From positions 1,846 through 65,845 of the forward strand of contig JADGBZ010000007.1 of assembly GCA_015231175.1 (NCBI GenBank): a stretch of DNA of 64,000 nucleotides, written 5' to 3'. Numbering within the stretch: the stretch's first letter is position 1; every line of letters starts with the position of its first letter. Below the pieces are notes generated by a model. That model worked only from the letters and a program-made list of their open reading frames with translations, searched no databases and was not told the origin of the DNA. The stretch is from Magnetococcales bacterium (GTDB lineage Bacteria; Pseudomonadota; Magnetococcia; Magnetococcales; DC0425bin3). The translations under genes were made by a program, and so were the position numbers. Positions 53,610 through 62,599 of this stretch are shown one piece after another.

Positions 53610-55790
53610 TTGGATGCGGATCTGCCTGACACCTCTTCACCGTCACACCTGGTTTTTTTTGTCAGCGTTCCCTCGGGTTTGGAATCCCTGTTGGCGGGGG
53701 AGCTGCGCCAATTAGGACTCGCCCGTCTGCGACCGGGCCAAAGCGGCGTCTCCTTTTCAGGAACCCTGGAGGATGCGCTGCGGGTCGTTCTCTGGTCGCG
53801 GGTGGGCAGCCGGGTTACCCTTCCCCTGCAAAAGGTGCCGGCTGCCACTCCAGAAGCCTTGTACGCCGGTGTGCATGCCATCCCCTGGGAAGAGCACATC
53901 CCGCCACAAGGAACGTTGGATATTGAGTTCAAAGGGGTCAACGACACCATCCGACACACCCGTTTCGGTGCGCAAAAGGTCAAGGATGCGGTGGTGGACC
54001 GGTTGCGGGAGAAGCGGGGAAGCCGTCCAACGGTCACCCATGCCCACCCGGATGTCCACATCCATGTTCGGTTGCGGGAGGAGAGCGCCCAGGTCGCCCT
54101 GGATCTTGCCGGGGGTTCACTGCACCGGCGCGGCTATCGCGTGGACTCGACGGTGGCCCCGTTGCGGGAGAATCTTGCCGCAGCCATCCTGATGCTCTGC
54201 AATTGGCCCGAGCTGGCCCAACAGGGGGCGGGCTTGTTCGACCCCTTGTGTGGCTCCGGGACGTTTCTCATCGAGGGGGCCTGGATGGCCGGGGATGTGG
54301 CTCCCGGTCTTCTGCGGCCCGCTTCTGGTGGGCGAGGGTGGCTCGGCTGGGATGCACCACTCTGGCGCCGTCTGCTCTCGGAGGCCGAGGCGCGGCGGGA
54401 AGTGGGCATGCAGCGGTTGCCCCCCTTGTTGGGTGGCGACCTCTCCGCCACGGCCCTGCAGGCTACGCGGCGCAATGCCATGCAGGCTGGCGTGGTCGAG
54501 TCGATCCTTTTGCAGCAAAAGTCCGTTGCGCAACTGCGCCCTGGCTTCGGCTCCGGTTTGTTGGTGACCAACCCGCCCTACGGGCAACGACTGGGGCACG
54601 GCGGGGAGTGGACCACCCTCTACCGGGATCTGGGACATCTGTTGCAATCCGGTTGCCGCAACTGGCCAGCCGGAGTGTTGGCCATGGATAACCTTCTGCC
54701 CCAAGCGCTTGGCCTGAAACCAGAACGGTCGCATCCGCTGCGCAATGGCCCGCTCCATTGCAACCTCCTGATTTTTTCCCCATCCCGGTCGGCGCCCAAG
54801 GAGGCTCCCACCCCTGATCCGGCAGCGACACCAGACAGCCCCATCTCTCCCGGGCAGGAGATGTTTGCCAACCGGTTGCGCAAAAACATGCGCGAAATGG
54901 GAAAATGGGCGCGCCGGGAGGGGGTCCACTGCTACCGGGTCTATGATGCGGATATGCCCGAATACGCCTTGGCCATCGACCTCTATGATGGCTATGTCCA
55001 CGCCCAGGAGTATCATGCCCCGGTTTCCGTCGAACCGGAGAAAGCCCGAATGCGGTTGCAGGAAGCGTTGGCAGCCTTGCCCGGCGTTTTTGGTCTCCAG
55101 CCGGAAAAAATTTTTTTCAAGGTTCGGCGGCGGCAAAAAGGGGACGAACAGTACCAAAAATTGGAGAGCAAGGGGATCCGTTTTCCGGTGCGGGAGGGTC
55201 CATTCCGCTTTCTGGTCAATTTGAGCGATTACCTGGATGTTGGTCTCTTCCTGGACCACCGGCGTATCCGGGCCATGCTGGGGGAGATGGCTTCGGGACG
55301 CAGGTTTCTGAATCTGTTCGGCTATACAGGAACGGCAACGGTGTACGCAGCAGCCGGAGGCGCTGTTTCCACCACGACTGTAGACATGTCGGCCACCTAT
55401 CTCCATTGGGCCCGGGCCAACCTGGATCTGAACGGCCTGATGTCGGCCCGACACCAGTTTGTCGAAGGGGATTGCCTGGCGTGGATCGATCAACACCCGA
55501 GACGTTACGACCTGATCTTTCTGGATCCCCCAACCTTTTCCAACTCGAAACGGATGTCTGGCGTGTTTGATGTCCAGCGGGATCACGTGGATCTGGTGAT
55601 CCGGACCGCCCGTTTGCTCGCTGCGGGGGGTGTGATGATTTTCTCAAACAATTTCAAGAAATTTCGTCCACAATGGACCGATCTTCCCCCTTATCTTGAG
55701 GTGGTGGATCTGACGACTAAAACCATTCCGGAAGATTTTCGCCGGCATGCAAACGTTCACCATTGTTGGCGCATGCAGATGCGGGCTTGA
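53610..55790 (+). CDS. rlmL: bifunctional 23S rRNA (guanine-N2/N7) methyltransferase RlmKL
   Basis: 726 aa, TTG start. THUMP-type N-terminus (GLESLLAGELRQLG, VLWSRVGSRV). First methyltransferase NPPYG motif, second C-terminal SAM methyltransferase domain. Confidence 0.85.
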   Translation: MDADLPDTSSPSHLVFFVSVPSGLESLLAGELRQLGLARLRPGQSGVSFSGTLEDALRVVLWSRVGSRVTLPLQKVPAATPEALYAGVHAIPWEEHIPPQGTLDIEFKGVNDTIRHTRFGAQKVKDAVVDRLREKRGSRPTVTHAHPDVHIHVRLREESAQVALDLAGGSLHRRGYRVDSTVAPLRENLAAAILMLCNWPELAQQGAGLFDPLCGSGTFLIEGAWMAGDVAPGLLRPASGGRGWLGWDAPLWRRLLSEAEARREVGMQRLPPLLGGDLSATALQATRRNAMQAGVVESILLQQKSVAQLRPGFGSGLLVTNPPYGQRLGHGGEWTTLYRDLGHLLQSGCRNWPAGVLAMDNLLPQALGLKPERSHPLRNGPLHCNLLIFSPSRSAPKEAPTPDPAATPDSPISPGQEMFANRLRKNMREMGKWARREGVHCYRVYDADMPEYALAIDLYDGYVHAQEYHAPVSVEPEKARMRLQEALAALPGVFGLQPEKIFFKVRRRQKGDEQYQKLESKGIRFPVREGPFRFLVNLSDYLDVGLFLDHRRIRAMLGEMASGRRFLNLFGYTGTATVYAAAGGAVSTTTVDMSATYLHWARANLDLNGLMSARHQFVEGDCLAWIDQHPRRYDLIFLDPPTFSNSKRMSGVFDVQRDHVDLVIRTARLLAAGGVMIFSNNFKKFRPQWTDLPPYLEVVDLTTKTIPEDFRRHANVHHCWRMQMRA

Positions 55791-55908
55791 CGGCGCGGGT
55801 GTTTTGCCGATCCCATGGAAATGATTGCGCTTTTCCCGGAAGAAGCGGGCCTGACGGCGCGGGTGTTTTGCCGCTTCCCTAGAAATGATTGCGCTTTTCC
55901 CGGAGGTG
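55781..55908. repeat. 64-bp tandem duplication (2 units, about 87% identical) spanning the rlmL and gloB stop codons
   Basis: 55781-55844 and 55845-55908 align without gaps (8 mismatches). Unit 1 contains the rlmL stop (55788-55790). Unit 2 contains the gloB stop (55879-55881). Confidence 0.85.
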
Positions 55909-56646
55909 GGCAAAGAGAGCGACCGGAGTCAGGTGGCCCTTGTCGACTTTGGCGGCAAATCGGGGATCGTCACAGCGCAGGAAGGGATTGAACTGTTTCT
56001 CCCAGTGCAGGTCAACCGGCAGGGTTGGGGCGCCATCGTCCGTCTGACGGCAGACGGTCTCGAATTGCTGTTGCAGATCCGGATTGTCCGGTTCCAGGGC
56101 CTGGGCAAAACGCAGGTTGCCGAGGGTATACTCGTGGGCGGGAAAGAGACGGGTGTGGTCCGGGAGTGAACGGATTTTCAGCAGGCTGTGCCACATGTGC
56201 GCAGGCGTTCCCTCGAAGAGACGGCCACAACCGTAACGGAACAGGGTGTCACCGACGAAGAGGGCATCGGCAACGTGATAGACGACGTGACCCGTTGTGT
56301 GACCAGGGGTGGTCATGACCCGAAGTTGCAGATGGCCAAGGGGAAGAGAGGGTTCATCGCCGACGGGAAGACTCAATGCTGGCAGCCGGGGTGCATCGGC
56401 GCGGGCCCCGATCACCACCGGGGCGTGCCGGGCGCAAAGCCCTTTGACGCCGCCGATATGATCGAGATGATGGTGCGTCAAGAGAATGTGGGAGAGACGC
56501 AGAGATCGCTCGGTCAAAAAACGGTTGACTGGTTCATCCTCGCCAGGATCAACGACGGCGACGCTGTCTGGTCCTGTGGGAAAAATCCAGATATGGTTAT
56601 CCTTCAGAGCGGGCACAGCGTGAACCGGCAGGCTTATTGCGTTCAT
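55879..56646 (-). CDS. gloB: hydroxyacylglutathione hydrolase (glyoxalase II)
   Basis: ORF track 55879..56670 trimmed to ATG 56646 (255 aa). THHHLDHIGG motif. FVGDTLFRYGCGRLFEG. Confidence 0.9.
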   Translation of the reverse strand: MNAISLPVHAVPALKDNHIWIFPTGPDSVAVVDPGEDEPVNRFLTERSLRLSHILLTHHHLDHIGGVKGLCARHAPVVIGARADAPRLPALSLPVGDEPSLPLGHLQLRVMTTPGHTTGHVVYHVADALFVGDTLFRYGCGRLFEGTPAHMWHSLLKIRSLPDHTRLFPAHEYTLGNLRFAQALEPDNPDLQQQFETVCRQTDDGAPTLPVDLHWEKQFNPFLRCDDPRFAAKVDKGHLTPVALFAHLREKRNHF

Positions 56647-56687
56647 GGCTACTCTCAGGTCAACAAGCAACGGGTCTCCTTCATATC

Positions 56688-57452
56688 ATGAACCTCGAAG
56701 CCATTCGATTGCAAAACTGGTATGCCACGGCCCAGGGTCGTACAGTGGCCCGTGTGATCGGAGGGGGGGTGGAGCGATGGATGCGCCCCCATGCCACGGG
56801 GAACACGTTCGGCTTTGGCTTCGTTCAGCCCTACATGGAGTTCATCATTTCCGGTCGGGGGGGTTCCTTCGGGGCGTCGCCGGCGGAGATGGGCGTTGTT
56901 CCCTGGCCGAACGGGTCGCCCAATCGCATGGCCCTGGTACGCCCCAATGCCTTGCCCTACCCGGATGGTCACTTTGACCGGGTGTTTATGGTACACATCC
57001 TGGAAGGGGCGGATTCGCCGCGTGAGACGCTGCGCGAAGTCTGGCGGGTGATGAAGCCGGGTGGACGCCTCTTCATTGTGGCGCCGAATCGGGGCGGGTT
57101 TTGGGCGCGGCGGGATACCACCCCCTTCGGATGGGGGCGCCCCTTTTCGCCGCGGCAGATCCAGGAGTTGCTGGAAGCCTCTTTTTTTGTGCTGCGCCAA
57201 GCCAGGTTTGCCCTGTTCGTGCCCCCTTTTCCGGGGCGGCGGATTTTGCGCTCGGCAGCAACCTGGGAAAAGGTTGGGGAACGATGGTTTGCCCGGTTTG
57301 GCGGGGTCATTCTGAGCGATGCGGAAAAGGTGGTCCACGCCGTCACCCCTTTGTTGGAAAAACCCTTTTGTCTGCGCCAGCCGAGAAGGGTCGTCCTGCC
57401 TTTGGCTGGCAATCGGGACGCCGTCAATTCAAGGAGAATCGAGCATGACTGA
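56688..57452 (+). CDS. class I SAM-dependent methyltransferase-like protein
   Basis: ORF track 56637..57452 trimmed to ATG 56688 (254 aa). FDRVFMVHILEGADSPRETLREVWRVMKPGGRLFIVAPN is typical of Methyltransf_11-like proteins found divergent from gloB in alphaproteobacteria. Confidence 0.7.
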   Translation: MNLEAIRLQNWYATAQGRTVARVIGGGVERWMRPHATGNTFGFGFVQPYMEFIISGRGGSFGASPAEMGVVPWPNGSPNRMALVRPNALPYPDGHFDRVFMVHILEGADSPRETLREVWRVMKPGGRLFIVAPNRGGFWARRDTTPFGWGRPFSPRQIQELLEASFFVLRQARFALFVPPFPGRRILRSAATWEKVGERWFARFGGVILSDAEKVVHAVTPLLEKPFCLRQPRRVVLPLAGNRDAVNSRRIEHD

Positions 57453-58335
57453 TGCTTTCATGATCAACCGGTTCATGGATGAACTTTTGGTGGAACACGG
57501 GCTCTCGGCCAACACCCTGGAGGCCTATCGCCAGGATTTGGAGGGTTTATCCGCATTTTTAGCCCTCCGTGGCGGTGATCTGTTGCGGGCCGATCGCGAG
57601 ACGCTTCTCTGCTATCTCAGCGCATTGACTGCCCGGGATATGGCGGCCAGTTCCGTGGCCCGCAAGCAGTCGGCGTTTCGGCGCTTTTATCGGCATCTGG
57701 TTTTGCGCGACGAGCGGGAGGATGATCCCACCCATCTGTTGGACTCCCCCCATCTGCAACGCCATTTGCCGCAAATCCTGAATGAAGAGGAGGTCGAATC
57801 CCTGCTGAACGCCCCGGATCGCAGCACCGAGTTGGGTCTGCGGGATGCGGCCATGCTGGAACTGCTCTATGCCACGGGTCTGCGCGTATCCGAGTTGATC
57901 TTTCTGGAAACGGACAGCATCGAACCGGGTTTCGGTTTTGTGCGGGTGGTGGGGAAGGGAGACAAGGAACGCCTGGTGCCGGTCGGAGAGGCGGCCCTGG
58001 ATATTGTGGAAAAGTATCGGCGCTCGGCGCGCCTGCTCCTGTTGGCGGGAAGCCCGACCCGCGCCCTGTTCGTGACAGCCCGGGGCGGTCCCATGACCCG
58101 GCAAAATTTTTGGTATGTCATCCGCCGTCATGCCGTCATGGCAGGCATCACCAAACCTTTGTCACCTCATCTGCTGCGCCACTCGTTTGCCTCACATCTG
58201 CTCAACCATGGCGCCGACCTGCGGGCCGTGCAGATGATGCTTGGCCATGCCGATATCTCGACCACGGAAATCTATACCCACCTGGCCCAGGATCGCCTGA
58301 AACAGATTCATCGGCAACTGCATCCAAGGGCCTGA
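57445..58335 (+). CDS. xerD: site-specific tyrosine recombinase XerD
   Basis: ORF track 57319..58335 trimmed to ATG 57445 (296 aa). Collinear with E. coli XerD, including LYATGLRVSEL, HLLRHSFASHLL, LGHADISTTEIYTH and the LHPRA terminus. Confidence 0.9.
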   Translation: MTDAFMINRFMDELLVEHGLSANTLEAYRQDLEGLSAFLALRGGDLLRADRETLLCYLSALTARDMAASSVARKQSAFRRFYRHLVLRDEREDDPTHLLDSPHLQRHLPQILNEEEVESLLNAPDRSTELGLRDAAMLELLYATGLRVSELIFLETDSIEPGFGFVRVVGKGDKERLVPVGEAALDIVEKYRRSARLLLLAGSPTRALFVTARGGPMTRQNFWYVIRRHAVMAGITKPLSPHLLRHSFASHLLNHGADLRAVQMMLGHADISTTEIYTHLAQDRLKQIHRQLHPRA

Positions 58336-58341
58336 TCGCAC

Positions 58342-59244
58342 GTGAAATTCATCGACCCAAGAATCGACTTTGCCTTCAAGAGGATCTTCGGCAGCGAAGA
58401 TGCGAAGGATATTTTGATCAGTTTTCTTGAGAGCCTCCTGGAACTTGAGGGTGAACGCCGCATTGTTGAACTGACGATCCTGGACCCCTTTTTGGCGCCG
58501 AAGGTCCGTGAACTGAAATACTCGGTACTGGATGTCAAATGCCGGGATCATCGTGGCGTTTCCTATATTGTGGAGATGCAGATTCAGAAGACGGCTGCTT
58601 TCCTGAAACGGATCCAGTACAACGCCGCCAAGGCCTACGTTCACCAGATTGAAAAAGGCGAAGATTATCCCAAGCTCAACCAGGTGATTGCCATCACCAT
58701 CACCGATTTTCCCCTGTTCGATGGTTTCGACCACTGCGTCTCGCGTCATGAGACCCGAGAGGCGGTCACCGGGCAGACTTTTCTTCAGGAAATCCTTCAC
58801 TGTTTTATCGAGTTGCCAAAATTCAACAAATCCATCGGGGAACTGACCGACGTATTGGACCAGTGGATCTGGTTCATCAGGTTTGCCGGTTCCGTGGAGG
58901 CAATTCCGGATCGGATACGAGTTGAGCCAATCCGCCACGCCTTTGCAAGGGCCACCGTGGCCAATATGACAGCAGAGGAGTATGAACTTTACGACAAAGC
59001 CGGCATTGCCATCGCGGATGCCCAGGGAGCGGTTCAGTTGGCACGCCAGGAAGGGCGTCAGGAAGGGCGTCAGGAAGGGCTTCGCGAAGGTGAAAGACGC
59101 ACTCTGTATCGACTGCTTGAGAAGCGGTTTGGCTCGGTTCCGGAGTGGGTGCATGCCAGACTTGCCCAGGCTGATCTTGCAGCCCTGGGGAGGTGGACAG
59201 AGAACGTCCTGGAGGCCAAGGTGATTGACGAAGTTTTTTTGTAG
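58342..59244 (+). CDS. Rpn/YhgA-like PD-(D/E)XK recombination-promoting nuclease (putative transposase family)
   Basis: 300 aa, GTG start. Signature N-terminus MKFIDPRIDFAFKRIFG, nuclease core LDVKC...IVEMQIQK, C-terminal QEGRQEGRQEGLREGE repeat. Confidence 0.8.
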   Translation: MKFIDPRIDFAFKRIFGSEDAKDILISFLESLLELEGERRIVELTILDPFLAPKVRELKYSVLDVKCRDHRGVSYIVEMQIQKTAAFLKRIQYNAAKAYVHQIEKGEDYPKLNQVIAITITDFPLFDGFDHCVSRHETREAVTGQTFLQEILHCFIELPKFNKSIGELTDVLDQWIWFIRFAGSVEAIPDRIRVEPIRHAFARATVANMTAEEYELYDKAGIAIADAQGAVQLARQEGRQEGRQEGLREGERRTLYRLLEKRFGSVPEWVHARLAQADLAALGRWTENVLEAKVIDEVFL

Positions 59245-59366
59245 GTTACATTGGTTTGACAGGGTCAATGGTACCAATTTTTTTTTGCTTTCTGTTTCCT
59301 TTTCAGCCTGGATTCAGCTTGTCTCTCCAGACTCCTCTCCAACGTAAACTTTATTGGAGAAGGAAA

Positions 59367-59996
59367 ATGCGCGAAAAAGAACAAACCGTTTCCGTGTGGG
59401 ATCCTCTTGTACGTATCTGCCATTGGGGTATGGTGTTTGGTGTGAGTTTGGCTTTTCTTGCGGAGGACGATTTCATGTTCCTCCATGTGCTGGCTGGGCA
59501 TTTGATACTTGGACTGGTGGTTTTCCGTCTTGTCTGGGGGGTTGTTGGCCCACGGCATGCCCGATTTTACACATTCGTCCGTGGACCAAGGCGGATCCTG
59601 TCCTGCGTGCGATCCATTCTGAAGGGTAAGCCGGAGCACTATGTTGGCCATAATCCGGCAGGCGGAGGTATGGTGGTTGCGATTCTTCTGGTTCTCCTGT
59701 TGACGGTTTTCCTGGGAATGGCTGCCTACGACACCAAGGAATTTCATGGCATCCTGTGGCCCATGACTGCCGGGTTGGGCATGGGTGTGGTCAAACTTCT
59801 TGGATTCCTGCATGAACTCTTCGCCAATTTGTTGCTGATTCTGGTGGTCCTGCATGTGACGGGGGTGTTGGTGGCGACGTTGCAGCATCGTGAAAACCTG
59901 GTCAAAAGCATGTTCACTGGCCGTAAACGCGCTCCTCTTACCCTGGGCATTGTAATCCTTGGCATGACTCTGATCTCGCGAAGTATGCCACTCTGA
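59367..59996 (+). CDS. cytochrome b561-type (Ni/Fe-hydrogenase b-type cytochrome subunit family) membrane protein
   Basis: ORF track 59256..59996 trimmed to ATG 59367 (GGAGAAGGA upstream), 209 aa. Four TM helices with conserved His (RICHWG, HVLAGH, HNPAGG, LHELF...LHV). Confidence 0.75.
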   Translation: MREKEQTVSVWDPLVRICHWGMVFGVSLAFLAEDDFMFLHVLAGHLILGLVVFRLVWGVVGPRHARFYTFVRGPRRILSCVRSILKGKPEHYVGHNPAGGGMVVAILLVLLLTVFLGMAAYDTKEFHGILWPMTAGLGMGVVKLLGFLHELFANLLLILVVLHVTGVLVATLQHRENLVKSMFTGRKRAPLTLGIVILGMTLISRSMPL

Positions 59997-60043
59997 CGCC
60001 ATCAAGGGTTCCTACAACGAACATGCGGTGAGCATTCCGGGCC

Positions 60044-60385
60044 ATGGCCGCTGGGAAGATTGACCTGCGATCGATGTTTTTCAGGGGATGGAGGCTTCCT
60101 TTCCTTTTGCCGGTGCTCTGCATGTTGCATCCTGTCATCGGTCAGACCGACGACGATCACGAAGATGTCAGACGCCTGGTGCAAGCAGGGATCATCCTTC
60201 CCCTGGAAAAAATTTTAAAAGCCAGTCAAAACTTTCAACGGGGACGTCTGTTGGAGGTCAAGTTGAAGCGTCGTCACGGTGGGTATATCTACGAACTGGA
60301 GTTGGTGACCCAACAAGGTATTGTCTGGGAATTGGAGTTTGATGCAACCAACGGTGTCCTCCTTGAACAGGAAAAGGAGAAGTAA
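60044..60385 (+). CDS. PepSY domain protein (periplasmic)
   Basis: 113 aa. Signal-like N-terminus. GRLLEVKLKRRHGGYIYELELVTQQGIVWELEFDATNG fits the PepSY pattern. Confidence 0.7.
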   Translation: MAAGKIDLRSMFFRGWRLPFLLPVLCMLHPVIGQTDDDHEDVRRLVQAGIILPLEKILKASQNFQRGRLLEVKLKRRHGGYIYELELVTQQGIVWELEFDATNGVLLEQEKEK

Positions 60386-60388
60386 CGT

Positions 60389-61054
60389 TTGCGTTTTTTA
60401 CTGGTAGAAGATGATGGCACCCTCGCTGCCACCATCAAAAAAGATTTAAACCATGCCGGGTATGCCGTGGACATCGTACATGATGGTGTGGAAGCCGAAT
60501 TCATGGGGGAGTCCGAACCCTATGATCTGGTGATTCTGGATCTGGGTTTGCCAGGCAGGCATGGTTTGGAGGTTTTAAAAAATTGGCGTCAGCATGGCCA
60601 TATCATGCCGGTATTGATTCTGACCGCCTGGGACGCCTGGCACGAACGGGTGGATGGCTTCAAGGCCGGGGCAGACGATTATCTCGGTAAGCCATTTCAC
60701 ATTCAGGAGCTTGTTGCCCGTATCAACGCCCTTTTGCGTCGCAGCCATACGACCACCAAGGGAACGTTGACCTTGGCGGGTATCACCTTGAACGAAGAAA
60801 CCCAGGAGGTCCATCTGCCATCGGGAGAAACGAAGTCTCTGACAGGAACCGAGTTTCGTCTGCTCCGTTATTTCATGTTTCATGCCGATGAAGTTCTCTC
60901 AAAAACCAGATTGACCGAACATATCTACGAATACGATGCCGACAAGGACAGTAATGTGATCGAGGTGTACGTCAAACGACTGCGCCGACTTGTTGGACAG
61001 GAACGCATTGAGACCCGCCGTGGTCAGGGCTATGTTTTTCGGGCGGCGCCATGA
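60389..61054 (+). CDS. OmpR-family response regulator
   Basis: 221 aa, TTG start. Receiver (LLVEDD, VILDLGLPG, YLGKPF) plus winged-helix output (LTGTEFRLLRYF, RGQGYVF). Confidence 0.9.
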   Translation: MRFLLVEDDGTLAATIKKDLNHAGYAVDIVHDGVEAEFMGESEPYDLVILDLGLPGRHGLEVLKNWRQHGHIMPVLILTAWDAWHERVDGFKAGADDYLGKPFHIQELVARINALLRRSHTTTKGTLTLAGITLNEETQEVHLPSGETKSLTGTEFRLLRYFMFHADEVLSKTRLTEHIYEYDADKDSNVIEVYVKRLRRLVGQERIETRRGQGYVFRAAP

Positions 61055-62385
61055 ACCCTTCCTTGCAAAAGCGGCTGACTTGGCAGTTGGCCCTGCTGTT
61101 GGTCGTTGCCATGGCCATCCAGTGGGGTGTTGTCGAATGGGTTCTGGACCGGATCATTTACAATCATGTGACCTCCCGGCTTGCGCATGATGCCCATACC
61201 ATTCTGGCCCAGACCCGTGTTCATCCTGGCCATGACACAGTGCTTGTCCAGGCAGACCCCATCTATCAGCAGCCATGGTCTGGACACTATTACGCCCTCA
61301 AGGTGGGAGGGATCCTTTTACGCTCCCGCTCTCTATGGGACAACACCTTGCCTCTCCCTGAAGTAGCTGTTGGCAGCGAGATTTTATCCAATCTGGTTGG
61401 TCCTCGTCAGCAACCGTTGCTGGTTCTGACCCGGAGCTTTGTCAAACTCGGTTCAGTCGTCACGATCAGTGTGGCCGAAGATATGACCAGCATTCACCAA
61501 GGGATTGCTCTTTTGCAATTTTGGCACGCCATGCTCTCTCTTTTGGCCATCGGTGTGCTGTTGATTCTGCAACGTTGGACGCTTCGGCGTGGTTTGCAGC
61601 CATTGAACCGTGCCTGCATGGAGATCCAACGTCTGGAACGCGGTGAGGTGGAGATGCTGCATACGGTTTCCGTTCCTGTGGAAATCCTTCCATTCATTCT
61701 TGAAATCAACCGTTTGGTTGCAACGCTTCTACGGAGGTTGCAACGCGCCCGGCATGCCACGAGCAATCTGGCGCATGCCATCAAGACCCCGTTGACCATC
61801 CTCCTGCAACTTGGAAGCAATCCATGCTTTGCGGTGCAAACCGATTTGCAGGAGACCCTCCGAAGACAGGTTGAAGCCATTCGCCAGTTGACGGATCGGG
61901 AATTGAAGCGGGTTCGCTCAGCTGGTTCTGGCACCCCCACACGCAACGTTGATATTCAGGAAGAGTTGGCAGCACTGGTTGCCGTCCTCAAACTGGCGCA
62001 CCAATCCAAAGAGGTGATTGTCTCCTTGGAGGTTCCCACAGGTCTTGTGCTTCCCATGGACCGGGAGGATTTGCTGGAACTTGCTGGTAACCTGCTGGAC
62101 AATGCCTGCAAATGGGCCAGGAGCAGGGTCGATTGTCGCGTCGCCAGCGATGCCGGAGTGTTCCACCTGACAGTCGAAGATGATGGTCCTGGCTGCCCGG
62201 ATGACCAATTACAACACATTCCGGAACGCGGAGTCCGCACGGACACGACCAAACCAGGTTTTGGCATGGGTCTGGATATCGTTTGCGATATCGTCGAGGA
62301 TTATGACGGGCAGCTGACCCTGGGAAAATCAAAACATCTCAGCGGATTTTCAGCCCAAGTCAAGTTACGATTGGCAACTCCATAG
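61051..62385 (+). CDS. sensor histidine kinase (cognate of the OmpR-family regulator)
   Basis: 444 aa, 4-nt overlap with the regulator gene. Two TM segments. H-box SNLAHAIKTPLT. ATPase motifs NLLDNACKW, DDGPG, GFGMGLDIV. Confidence 0.9.
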   Translation: MNPSLQKRLTWQLALLLVVAMAIQWGVVEWVLDRIIYNHVTSRLAHDAHTILAQTRVHPGHDTVLVQADPIYQQPWSGHYYALKVGGILLRSRSLWDNTLPLPEVAVGSEILSNLVGPRQQPLLVLTRSFVKLGSVVTISVAEDMTSIHQGIALLQFWHAMLSLLAIGVLLILQRWTLRRGLQPLNRACMEIQRLERGEVEMLHTVSVPVEILPFILEINRLVATLLRRLQRARHATSNLAHAIKTPLTILLQLGSNPCFAVQTDLQETLRRQVEAIRQLTDRELKRVRSAGSGTPTRNVDIQEELAALVAVLKLAHQSKEVIVSLEVPTGLVLPMDREDLLELAGNLLDNACKWARSRVDCRVASDAGVFHLTVEDDGPGCPDDQLQHIPERGVRTDTTKPGFGMGLDIVCDIVEDYDGQLTLGKSKHLSGFSAQVKLRLATP

Positions 62386-62427
62386 CGAATTTTCAGCCCA
62401 AGTCAAGTGACGATTGGCAACTCCATT
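62342..62427. repeat. 43-bp tandem duplication (2 units, 3 mismatches) of the 3' end of the kinase gene
   Basis: 62342-62384 and 62385-62427. The junction falls inside the TAG stop codon (62383-62385). Confidence 0.9.
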
Positions 62428-62599
62428 CTGTATTCGTACCCATGGATGCGCCCGCGAATGAAAATGTGGTTGAGACAATCGAACCTGATTGCGGTGGAAA
62501 CAAATGGATGTTATGGATAAACCATCGGGCGAGGGGATCTTGTCGTGCTGCGTCGTGACAAGTGGGTTCCCCCACGGGTGGGTGATCGTTGCGTAAGGG

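Noticed and set aside
54117-55586. 489-aa ORF on the minus strand
   Set aside because: Antisense shadow of rlmL (THUMP and NPPYG motifs on the plus strand).
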